Source: Lentisphaeria bacterium UBA1791 (GTDB lineage Bacteria > Verrucomicrobiota > Lentisphaeria > Victivallales > Victivallaceae). From it: a DNA stretch of 64,000 nt. Numbering within the stretch: the first letter of the stretch is position 1; every line of letters begins with the position of its first letter. Both the position numbers and the translations under genes were made by a program. The stretch lies in contig DCFZ01000049.1 in the NCBI GenBank assembly GCA_002314455.1, positions 30,362 through 94,361 on the forward strand, written 5' to 3'. The notes under the pieces are model-generated. The model searched no databases, was not told the origin of the DNA, and was given only the letters and a program-made list of their open reading frames with translations. Shown here piece by piece: positions 28,588 to 37,800 of this stretch.

Positions 28588-31404
28588 TTGCGGCGTAAAA
28601 AAGTGAAACGATCTTATCTGTTTTTTCTGGCGGCGATCCTCACGTTGACCATCGGTTGCGGCAAAAAAGCCCGATCGAAGGCGGCGACGGCGTATGTTGA
28701 TGCGTCAGGAAACGTGATCCATTGTGCCGCGACCGAGGAAGCGTTGCGCGCCGCGATCGAAACATCGCGCACGTCGGGCAAAAAGGAGATCGTCATTGCC
28801 GACGGCGTTCTGACGTTGTCGGCGCCGATTCTGCTGGATGAGCGCGATTGTAATTTGACGGTGCGCGGCAGCGGCAACACGATCTTGTCGGGCGGCGTCG
28901 ACGTAACGTTTCACGCCGTTGAAAACGAGAATTACTGGGCGGCGCAACTGCCGGATGGTCTGCCGGAGCCTTATCTGTTTTACGTTCCCGGTTCCGGCAG
29001 AAGAGAGCGCGCCGTCTTTCCCCGCAGCGACTGGCTGAAAAATCTCGACAACAGCGATCTCGTCTGGCTCGGCAAGCTCGACGGCGGATGGGATCGCCCC
29101 CCGACCCGCTACGAATTGACGCGCATGAGCGTCACGCCCGATGAATTGCCCGATTTCGAGCCGGCGGACGCCGACGTCGAGGTCGCGCAGAACCGCGAAG
29201 TTTCCGTTGTCCGCATTGCTTCATACGATCCCAATTTGTGGGAAATGACCTTTGCCGAACCCTTGACGCACCCGGTCGGCGCATCGGCGCGTCACGAATA
29301 CCGCATCCACAACATCGAGCCGGGCATGGAACCGGGCAGGTGGCGGTTTCACCGCGCGACGCGCGAGATCTATTACTTCCCGCAAGCAAATGAGCAACTT
29401 TCCGATTTCCACGCCGTCGTCGCGGTAGTCGAGCCGTTGTTGACGATCCGGCACGGTGAAAACATCACGCTTGCCGATCTCACGTTTTTTGCCGCCAACG
29501 CCGATCTGCGCCGCCGCGGTGCGCAGACGGGCGAAACTTCGGGCAGGGCGCTCCCCGCCGTGGAAATTGCCAACAGCTGCAAGATCACGCTGTCGCGCGT
29601 CGCACTGCGCGACGTCGCCGGTACGGCGGTCGAAGTAATCAAGAGTCGCGACGTCGCATTGAAATCGTGCACGATCGCCGATGTCGGCGATTACGGTGTA
29701 TATGGCGCGGATGTGCAGAACTTAACGGTGTGCGACAGCAAATTGTATGAGATCGATCATACGGCGATTCGTGCGTCGGGGCAGGGCAATCAATTTTTCA
29801 ACAACGAAATTTCGCAGATCAATTACAGCGGGATTTCCGCTTCCGGCGATGCGGAAATAAGGGGAAATCTCCTTTCCGGGACGATGCGGTTGCGCAACGA
29901 CGGCGGCGCGATCGCGCTCACGGGCGGAAAGCATGCAAAAGTTTATGGCAACAAAGTCGTGGATCTGCCCGCTCTCGGTTTGCGCCACGCGATCCACATC
30001 GGCGAAACGACGGAATTTGCCGTGATTGAAAAAAATGAGTTTACAAGTTTTTTCCCCGTGATGGCAAACTGTGCGCGCGACGTCGTTTTGCGCGGGAATA
30101 CCTTTACCTATCCCAAAGAGATGATCTTCGACCTCGTCAATTCCGATCGCTTCACGTTGGAAAAAAACGTCATAAAGGCGCCCAAAATCATTTTCAGCGC
30201 GCCCGAGAACGCCTGGAAAAAATCGGACAATCTCATCGAAGGCGCCGTCGAGGAGCGGGTGAAGCCGCGCGGCTTTTTCTTCTTTTACGATGAAGAAAAC
30301 ACCTTGTGCTGTAAGCCTGAACTCAAGGGCAAACATATTGATCCGCTCAAGTGGCAACGCATCGTCTGCATGGGCGACAGCATCACCGCGGCGGGGCCGA
30401 TGATCTATGAACTGCAACTTTATCTTGCGTGCAAATTCCCGCAACGCCACATCGAGGTTTTCAACGCGGGCGTCGCGGGCGAGACTGCCGCCTGCGGCTG
30501 GGAGCGCCTGGAAAAAGTGCTCGCGCTGAAGCCCGACGCAGTGATTCTTTCATACGGGATGAACGACGTCGGACGCTCGGATTACCGCGACTTGTGGCCC
30601 GAAAGCGTCGAGCAGGCGAAGCGGCGCGAACGCGGCATCGAAAGTTGTGAAACCTATCTAAAAAAAATCGTCGACAAATTGCAAGCTGACGGCGTCGACG
30701 TCGTCGTCCTGCCGCCTTTCCCCTACGACGAATACGGTACGCGCCCCGAGCCCGACGACAATTTCGTTTTCTGCAACAGCGTCGCACTGGAAAAGATCGC
30801 GCTCTTTTGCCACGCAAGTTTCGGCGGGAAAATTCCGTTGCCGCTCACGCGTACGGCGCTTTGCCGGCTCTACGCGCATTACCCCGAATTGCGCATTGCG
30901 CCGGATCGGGTGCACCCCGACGAACGCGGCTACTGGCTGATCGTCGACGAAATCGTCCACGAACTTTACGACCGCATCCCGGCAGAGGAGCCGCTGCCTT
31001 ATCCGCTGACGGAAAAGATGGTGGAGTTTTCCCGTTTGCCGCCCGTTCCCGGCGTCGGCAAAAATGCGCAGTTGCATCCGTTGCGCTATCTGGGCAAAAA
31101 CGGCGCCGTCGATGCGCCGACGCAGATTTTGCGGGAAAAAATGAAAAAACTTGCTGACGCCGAAGGAATCATCAATACGATGGCGTGGTTCGACCTGCAG
31201 GCGACGAGCCGCGGCATTGATCCCGCCGACTTTGTCCGGACTGATGCGCGGCTGCAAACGCTTGCCCCCCGTTGGGGATTGGTCAAGACCTATGAAAAAT
31301 ACCGCATTTGGCGCACCCGGCGTGCGGAACTCGCCGCCGAAGCGGCAGAAGCACGCGCGGATTTTTTCCGCACGGTCGATGAATTGCACAAAAAGGAGAA
31401 GTGA
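28588..31404 (+). CDS. Lipoprotein with right-handed parallel beta-helix (PbH1) repeats and a C-terminal SGNH/GDSL hydrolase domain
   Basis: Lipobox LTIGC. Beta-helix repeats: NSCKITLSRVALRDVAGTAVEV.KSRDVALKSCTIADVG..GVYG...QNLTV.DSKLYEI. SGNH blocks: IVCMGDSITAAG, FNAGVAGET, ILSYGMNDVG, and a late DxxH-like block (RVHPDERGY). The start is ambiguous: TTG 28588 or GTG 28603. Confidence 0.8.
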   Translation: MRRKKVKRSYLFFLAAILTLTIGCGKKARSKAATAYVDASGNVIHCAATEEALRAAIETSRTSGKKEIVIADGVLTLSAPILLDERDCNLTVRGSGNTILSGGVDVTFHAVENENYWAAQLPDGLPEPYLFYVPGSGRRERAVFPRSDWLKNLDNSDLVWLGKLDGGWDRPPTRYELTRMSVTPDELPDFEPADADVEVAQNREVSVVRIASYDPNLWEMTFAEPLTHPVGASARHEYRIHNIEPGMEPGRWRFHRATREIYYFPQANEQLSDFHAVVAVVEPLLTIRHGENITLADLTFFAANADLRRRGAQTGETSGRALPAVEIANSCKITLSRVALRDVAGTAVEVIKSRDVALKSCTIADVGDYGVYGADVQNLTVCDSKLYEIDHTAIRASGQGNQFFNNEISQINYSGISASGDAEIRGNLLSGTMRLRNDGGAIALTGGKHAKVYGNKVVDLPALGLRHAIHIGETTEFAVIEKNEFTSFFPVMANCARDVVLRGNTFTYPKEMIFDLVNSDRFTLEKNVIKAPKIIFSAPENAWKKSDNLIEGAVEERVKPRGFFFFYDEENTLCCKPELKGKHIDPLKWQRIVCMGDSITAAGPMIYELQLYLACKFPQRHIEVFNAGVAGETAACGWERLEKVLALKPDAVILSYGMNDVGRSDYRDLWPESVEQAKRRERGIESCETYLKKIVDKLQADGVDVVVLPPFPYDEYGTRPEPDDNFVFCNSVALEKIALFCHASFGGKIPLPLTRTALCRLYAHYPELRIAPDRVHPDERGYWLIVDEIVHELYDRIPAEEPLPYPLTEKMVEFSRLPPVPGVGKNAQLHPLRYLGKNGAVDAPTQILREKMKKLADAEGIINTMAWFDLQATSRGIDPADFVRTDARLQTLAPRWGLVKTYEKYRIWRTRRAELAAEAAEARADFFRTVDELHKKEK

Positions 31405-31412
31405 TCTTGAAA

Positions 31413-32231
31413 ATGTTGGAAAAAATCAACATCACGCCGTTTCAGCGCGGCGCATTGCCCTGTTTGCATATCGAGAACCGCTACGCGGACGCTGAAATTT
31501 CGCTCTACGGCGCTCACGTTCTCTCCTTTATTCCCAAGGGGGAAAGCGATCTCCTTTTTGTTTCGCGGCAGGCGGTCTTTCAGGAGGGCAAGGCGATCCG
31601 CGGCGGAATCCCCGTCTGCTGGCCGTGGTTCGGCCCCGCCGGAACGCCCGCGCACGGCGTCGCGCGCATCTCGATGTGGCAACTCGACGACGCTTTTCTT
31701 GAAGCGGACGCTTCCACGACGTTGCGATTGTCGCTCGACCAACGCGATTTCTGCGGCCTGACCGCCCGCTTGCGCGTCAACGTCGGCAATGCGTTGACCG
31801 TCTCCTTGACGACGCACAATTGCGGGAGTCAGACGTATGAATTGTCGGAAGCGTTGCACACCTATTTTGCCGTCGGCGACATCGCGCAAACGGCGTTGCT
31901 CGGATTGGCGCCGGATGAGATTGCCGCACCGTTGCGCGACGGCAGAATGACGTTTGAAGCCGAAACCGACCTTGTCGCGACGCCGGGCGATAAAATTCTC
32001 GTCATCGACGATCCTGTAAAAAAACGGAAAATTTGCATTGCACGCTTCAATTCCGGCTCCGTCGTCGTCTGGAATCCGTGGATCGACAAATCGGCGCGAC
32101 TCGCCGACCTCGGCAACGAAGAATACCGTGAATTTCTCTGCGTCGAAACAGCAAACGTAAAAGCGCAGACAATTTTTCTCACCCCCGGCGCCGAACATAC
32201 AGAAAGTATGCGGATTTCGCTTGCGTTGTGA
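31413..32231 (+). CDS. D-hexose-6-phosphate mutarotase (glucose-6-phosphate 1-epimerase, YeaD family, aldose-1-epimerase superfamily)
   Basis: Signature IRGGIPVCWPWFG, then HG.AR...W, and EALHTYF. The length (about 272 aa) fits the family. The start is either ATG 31413 or GTG 31401, which overlaps the upstream stop. Confidence 0.85.
   Translation: MLEKINITPFQRGALPCLHIENRYADAEISLYGAHVLSFIPKGESDLLFVSRQAVFQEGKAIRGGIPVCWPWFGPAGTPAHGVARISMWQLDDAFLEADASTTLRLSLDQRDFCGLTARLRVNVGNALTVSLTTHNCGSQTYELSEALHTYFAVGDIAQTALLGLAPDEIAAPLRDGRMTFEAETDLVATPGDKILVIDDPVKKRKICIARFNSGSVVVWNPWIDKSARLADLGNEEYREFLCVETANVKAQTIFLTPGAEHTESMRISLAL
31675..31774 (+). repeat. Copy A of a 100-bp direct repeat (inside the intact mutarotase gene)
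   Basis: Aligned by eye to 34487-34586 with 98/100 identical positions. The mismatches are C/T at 31693 vs 34505 and T/C at 31722 vs 34534. Confidence 0.9.
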
Positions 32232-32299
32232 TCGACTGCTTTATTTGTAACTTCTGAAAAAGCAATATATTATAAAATTGTAAAATTGCAGGTAATCAG

Positions 32300-34195
32300 A
32301 TGAAATCGATTCCGGTCAAACTCTTTATATCGTTTATTTCTTTGTTCTTGAGCGCATTCTGTTGTTGTGCCGCGGAGTATATTTGGGGAAAAGCCGTACA
32401 GGTTTCCGCGCTTCCCGCCACCGCGCAAAATGCTTACCCCGACTGTAATTACACGGTCAAATTCAGCTATTACAGTAATCTGAAGAAAGATCAGGAAATA
32501 TTGCTGGTCGTTCCCGGTTTCCGTCAGCGCAAAAACGTGCCTGGCAGCGACATTGCCGAGGGGGATTTTTTGCGCGTTCTGGTCATGGAGGAATCCGCGG
32601 CGGATGGAAGCGTCAAGTCGATCGAGATCGCCGACGACATCGGCGCATACGATCTGGATACTTACTACGCTGTGTCGGTCGAAAAAGTGAAGAAAGACGA
32701 AGTGTATCTGCACCCCGTTTTTCTGCCGAATAGCGATGCGAAAATCGCAGAAACATCGATCAATGCGCCGCAACCGGACTCGGTGATGTTTGCGCGTGCC
32801 AAGGCGATGCAGGAAGATCTTGCCGTCATCCAAAAGAAACTCGCAGCGTTGCCGCAAAACCGGGATTGGAAGTCGATTTTTGAATCGGCAAAAGCAAAAA
32901 CGCAACTTCCCGTTGTAAAAGAAGGCGGAAAAGAATATTTCTTGATGGATACGCCCGAGGGATTCTTTTCGCTGTTGAAAGATGCGAAATTCCCCGACTA
33001 TTTGAATGCGAAAGACAATTGTGCGGGGCTTATCGCACTGAACCAATATCTCAAATTTCATAACGTCAATCTTATCGTGGCATTTGTTCCCCGCTCGGAC
33101 GTGATCGCCGCGCGCCGGATGTTTCCGGAAATGCGTGACTTTGAGTCGCAGAAGCTGCTCGCCAAATGGCAGATGCTGTTGAGCAAAGACGTGGAGATCG
33201 TCGACGTGACCGATCAGATTTTAGCGCATCGCAATGGCAGCGAATTGCTTTTCTTTTATCCCGCCGGCGATCACCATCCGCATATTGGGACGATCAAAAT
33301 TCTGGCGGAGGAATTGGAAAAGCGTTTGCAACGTTATCATTTCCCGAAAAGCGGCGACAAATTTGAGCGCGATTGCATACCGTTTCCCAGTTATTCGCAG
33401 TTCGCCAAAAAACATATGGGGAACTTCCGGTGTAATCTGCAACTTTGCGCCAAGATGAACGCAAGGAAATACGAAGCCAAAGAAAACGGCAGTCCCGTAC
33501 TTGTCGTTTCCAACAGTATGGGCAGTTACCCCGGGCACGCTTCGCTCGCCAACGAGCTTTCCGTGCGATGCGGTTTCCCTGTCGGCGCAAAGATCCGGAC
33601 GGGCGGCGAGATCAACCGCTTTTTTATCAATGAGTTGTTGCGCAACGAATCCGACTATCTGAAAGACGTTTCCGTCGTGATCTACGTCTTGAATGACTAT
33701 GATCAGGAATTGCGCAATATTCAGGTTTTGCGCGATCAGCAGTTAAAAAAGGCCCAATGTTCACAGAAACGCCATTTTACCCCGTCGCAGATCGTTTGCC
33801 GGCAGGATGATCTGCCGCCATTTACCGGGGATGCCGCGAAACAGGCAAATGATTTCGTTCAAAAAAATTCCAATTGCCGTATCTTGTGCACAGCATGGGG
33901 CGAGGCAAAGAAAACGTTTTCGATCGAACTTCCACCTGAATTGCGCCATCCGACCGGTAACCTTGGCGTCGAGATCCGTTTTCAGCGGTTGTCGGACGGT
34001 GCGATTTCCTACATCCAATGTCCCGCTGCCAAAAAAGAAATTCAAATTTACAATCGCGATATCAGCGTCTTTTTTGAATTGACGCCAGATCAGCTTAAAA
34101 ACCCGACACTTGAGTTTGTGCTACGCTCGTTTTGGTCGAGCGAGAAACATCCCTGCATGATCGGGATCAGCGATATTGTCGTGTACAGTAATTAA
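32300..34195 (+). CDS. AlgX/AlgJ-like (DHHW/SGNH-like) putative polysaccharide O-acetylation protein, secreted
   Basis: Signal peptide MKSIPVKLFISFISLFLSAFCCCAA. Central region LIVAFVPRSDVIA ... FFYPAGDHHPHIGTIKILAEEL matches the D-x-H-(W) block of AlgJ/AlgX-type proteins. It sits immediately upstream of an MBOAT (AlgI-like) gene remnant, the usual partner. Confidence 0.65.
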   Translation: MKSIPVKLFISFISLFLSAFCCCAAEYIWGKAVQVSALPATAQNAYPDCNYTVKFSYYSNLKKDQEILLVVPGFRQRKNVPGSDIAEGDFLRVLVMEESAADGSVKSIEIADDIGAYDLDTYYAVSVEKVKKDEVYLHPVFLPNSDAKIAETSINAPQPDSVMFARAKAMQEDLAVIQKKLAALPQNRDWKSIFESAKAKTQLPVVKEGGKEYFLMDTPEGFFSLLKDAKFPDYLNAKDNCAGLIALNQYLKFHNVNLIVAFVPRSDVIAARRMFPEMRDFESQKLLAKWQMLLSKDVEIVDVTDQILAHRNGSELLFFYPAGDHHPHIGTIKILAEELEKRLQRYHFPKSGDKFERDCIPFPSYSQFAKKHMGNFRCNLQLCAKMNARKYEAKENGSPVLVVSNSMGSYPGHASLANELSVRCGFPVGAKIRTGGEINRFFINELLRNESDYLKDVSVVIYVLNDYDQELRNIQVLRDQQLKKAQCSQKRHFTPSQIVCRQDDLPPFTGDAAKQANDFVQKNSNCRILCTAWGEAKKTFSIELPPELRHPTGNLGVEIRFQRLSDGAISYIQCPAAKKEIQIYNRDISVFFELTPDQLKNPTLEFVLRSFWSSEKHPCMIGISDIVVYSN

Positions 34196-34204
34196 GGGGT
34201 GAGA

Positions 34205-34450
34205 ATGGTCTTCTCAAGTTATTTGTTTTTGTTTTTCTTTCTGCCGACGGTGCTGGCGTGTTATTACGTCAGCCCGAAAAAGTGGAAACATCTTGTCCTG
34301 ACGCTTTTCAGCTATTTCTTTTACGCTTGGGCAAATCCCTATTTTTGTATTCTGATGCTCTTTAATACGAGCGTCGATTATACAAATGGGCGGTTGATGG
34401 AAAAATTCCCGGCGCGGAAAAAACTTTTCGTCGCGTTTTCCATCATTTGA
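34205..34450 (+). pseudogene. 5' fragment (about 81 codons) of an MBOAT-family membrane O-acyltransferase (AlgI/DltB-like), truncated
   Basis: MVFSSYLFLFFFLPTVLACYYVSPKKWKHLVLTLFSYFFYAWANPYFCILMLFNTSVDYTNGRLME is a typical MBOAT N-terminus. The frame stops at 34448-34450 after about 81 aa, whereas MBOATs are about 450-500 aa. No continuation is seen in any frame. Confidence 0.75.
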
Positions 34451-34486
34451 AATACTTGAAAAAACCGAGGACCGCGAGGTCGCAGT

Positions 34487-34586
34487 TGTGGCAACTCGAC
34501 GACGTTTTTCTTGAAGCGGACGCTTCCACGACGCTGCGATTGTCGCTCGACCAACGCGATTTCTGCGGCCTGACCGCCCGCTTGCG
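34487..34586 (+). repeat. Copy B of the 100-bp direct repeat: an orphan internal fragment of the mutarotase gene
   Basis: It encodes WQLDDVFLEADASTTLRLSLDQRDFCGLTARL, against WQLDDAFLEADASTTLRLSLDQRDFCGLTARL in the intact gene. The flanks are unrelated to the gene. Confidence 0.9.
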
Positions 34587-34774
34587 TTATAGAAATTTAC
34601 CGAAAGCACTTCCGGTTGGGCGGTCGTGCCCGATTTGAAAAAGTGAGCTCAAATTCACGTTTTTCTTTTTGGAAAATAAAAAATATCGTTTTGTAAGTTG
34701 TTGACGTGCAGGCAATTTCTGCGTTCTTACAGACGCGTATTGTAAATTTTTGCGAAAAAGTTGTATAATCTCAC

Positions 34775-34812
34775 GGGAAAGACTTGACCTTTCCCTTTTT
34801 TGGTGCTATTAT
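34775..34812 (+). promoter_or_regulatory. Promoter of the giant gene (TTGACC - 17 nt - TATTAT with TG extended -10), embedded in a terminator-like hairpin
   Basis: The -35 is at 34784-34789 and the -10 at 34807-34812. The perfect 7-bp inverted repeat GGGAAAG (34775-34781) / CTTTCCC (34789-34795) encloses the -35 and is followed by TTTTTT (34796-34801). A second possible promoter (TTGTAA - 18 nt - TATAAT, -10 at 34764-34769) lies just upstream. Confidence 0.55.
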
Positions 34813-34899
34813 ACTATAGAACAAATAGGCTACCCTTGTCAAATTTTTAAAAATTTTTTATATTCAGCCATAAAACAACACCAAAACAAGGAGCAAATC

Positions 34900-37800
34900 A
34901 TGGCGATCAGTTATTATTCAACTCAATGGATCGGTTTGGCAACGAATGCGGTCGTCGCGGTTCCCGGCGGCACTGCCGTCATCGGCGTCGATGCCTTCAG
35001 CGACTACGCGCAAGCGAAAGCGGCGGGCGATGTCGTGCTATGCGATGTTTTCTGCAGCAATGACTGGGCGGATGCATCCGGTACCGTCGACGTCGTCATC
35101 GAAGGCGACACTTATACGCTGACGGTCGGTGAACAGGCTTTCGGTACCTTTGCCGCGGCGGCGAATCAGGTCGCGACCAATTCCTACGGCGGCGTGTATG
35201 TCTATACGAGTGCGACGCCGGTCGCCGCCAGTATCTATTACTCCGGTGCGTGGGATCAGCTTGAGGATTATACGGTGGTTTTCGTCGGCAGCACCGTTTG
35301 GGATGCCACGGGCGCGCAGGTCTCGACGACGGGCGGCACGGCGATCATCGGCGTCAACGCCTTCGGAACCAAGAGCGAAGCGAGCGCCAAAGCGGCTTCT
35401 TATACCGGCGCATCGATCACGACGGGCTCGAGCGACATTTATCTGCACAGCGACTGGGTGTCGGGTGTTGTCACAGCGGGCGACACGGTTGCCGTTACGC
35501 TCGCCGACGGTTCGGTCGTCACGGCGGTCTACGGCGGCAACGCCGGAATTATGAGCGGCACGACGGCTGCCGCCTACCGTACCAGCATTGAAAATATCGG
35601 GGTCACCGCGCGTACCAAAAATCAGACGGTCTATTTCGTCGGCGGCAGTATTGCGCAGGAGGATAGTACCAGCAACGGCGGCGACTACACCTGGGGCGCC
35701 AAGACGGTTGTCTACAACACTTATATTCAGCGCATCAGCGCCGGTACGCCTTATACGGTTGCTTACACGCTTTCGCCGGAACTTTATCTGCTTGAAGGTG
35801 CGCGCGTGGGCGTCGTCTACGCCGCGGGGTATGCCGGCGGCGACAAGGCTTACGTCTACATCGCCAAAGACGCCTACGCAAGCAGCGTGATTTCGGCGCA
35901 GAGCAACGGCGAGAGGTCGGTCGGCATCGTTGAAGTCGACGTCGACGGCGGTACGGTCGGCACCGTTCAGGGGGCCAACCAGAAGATCACTGAAGAGATG
36001 AACTTCACGTTGCGCAATAATGCCGTGGGTACGCTCTTCCGCGTCGGCGTCGATTCCGGCGACGATTTCAGCCGTCTTTCCTGCGACGTCAATTTCACCA
36101 TCGTCGACAGTTCTCTTTCAAGCGGCATCACGGTTTCGCACCGCGACTTCGGTCGAAACGGTTGGGCAGGTAGTTTTAACGTGGCGATCCAGGACGTCAA
36201 CATCACGATCACCAATTCCTATGTCCAAGCGATCTCCAACGGTACGAGCGCGTGGTCGTTCAAGAGCTACACCGTTACCCTTGACGGCGGTTCGATACAG
36301 ACTTTGACGCCGCGCGTCAATTCGGGCGACTACTACGCCAACTACTGTAACGTTACGGGCGGCACGGCGACGATCACAGGCGGTACGTTCCGCGCGATGG
36401 TATCCGACGCCGGGACGGGCGACAACACCGAGACCAACTGGATTGATTCCGACGTGCGCTTCCTGACGACGACGAGCACGGTCGTCACCTACAATAACGA
36501 CGGCACGATCACCGTCCGAAACGGTGTTTTCTACAACGCGAACGGCGCGGCAAACCAGAAGTGGATCGTCGGCGGCACGGCGACTTTCGTCGGCGGCACG
36601 CACAATCTCGTGACTCTTTCCGTCGTCGGCGATGAAGCTTCGACCGTCGATACGATGTACGGCGTCGAGGCGATCACGATTGACGCGACGGCGGAACTTA
36701 TTGCCAAGACAACTTTCAGTTACAACGTGCCGATCACGATCGATGCAACGGGCTTTGAATTCAGCGGACTTGATACGCGCAAGGTCGTTTTGACGACGCC
36801 GGGAACCAGTGCGTTGACGGGCAAGATCACCGTCCTTGAGAACGGCACAACATCGCATAATTACAATTATGAACGCAAAGGCAAAAATCTCTATTTGACC
36901 TATACCGCAGTGACGAGCATGGCGTGGCGGACGCGCAAAGCGGGCGAGACGGTCTCGGTCGGCGGCAACACCTATACGATCGGCGTCGACGCCTTTGCCT
37001 CAGTTGCGGACGCCAAGGCGGCGGGGTATGCCGGTGCGCGTTCGATGGATATTTTCGTCAACAGCGCGTGGGAGGGCACGACGGCGGGCGAAACGGTCTA
37101 CGCCGTTCTCTTTGACGGCAGCACCGTTGCGGCGACCTACGGCGAAAACGCCTTTTCGACGATCACGGCGGGCGGGACAGCCGCGGCAAGTGCAAAATAC
37201 AACCTCTATGTCGTCGACGGCACTTACGGCAACTATTACGGTTGCGGCCGCCCGCTGGTTTTTGCCAAAGGCTACATTCCCAACATCTATGCGGTACAGC
37301 AGGCGACTACGACTGCAGAATTATACATCCTTGGCGGCACGGTCAGCAGCGCCCGCGCCTTTTCTGGTGCGGTGACCGACGGCTACCTCTATATGGAGGG
37401 CGGCACTTCCACCAGCTCCATCCAGCCCGGCAGCGCCGCCTGTGCGACGACGACGATGGAATTCGTCGGCTCGACGATCACGGGCGTTTTCGGCAACAAC
37501 GCTCTTAGCGTCAGCAGTGCCTACAGCTACATCGTGCGCGACCATTCGGTCGTAATCGGCGACGTTTGGGTCGGTACCAATTCCGGCTCCAATATGAGCA
37601 ACTTCCGCGGCGACATCAACATCACCGTCGACAACAGCCAGGTCACGGGCGGCGTCAAGTTGAGCACTCGTTCGACTGCCTTCTGGGCGGGCGCCTACTC
37701 GATGACGATCCAAAACATCAATATCAGCGTTGCGGGCGGCACGGTCGGCTCGTTTTCGACGGGCGGCAGTACGCCGTGGAACGCCGTCAAGAGTCTCACT

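Noticed and set aside
31675-34586. Diversity-generating retroelement template/variable repeat pair
   Set aside because: The two copies differ only by one C/T and one T/C transition, which is not adenine-specific. No reverse transcriptase is nearby, and copy B is not at the 3' end of an intact target gene.
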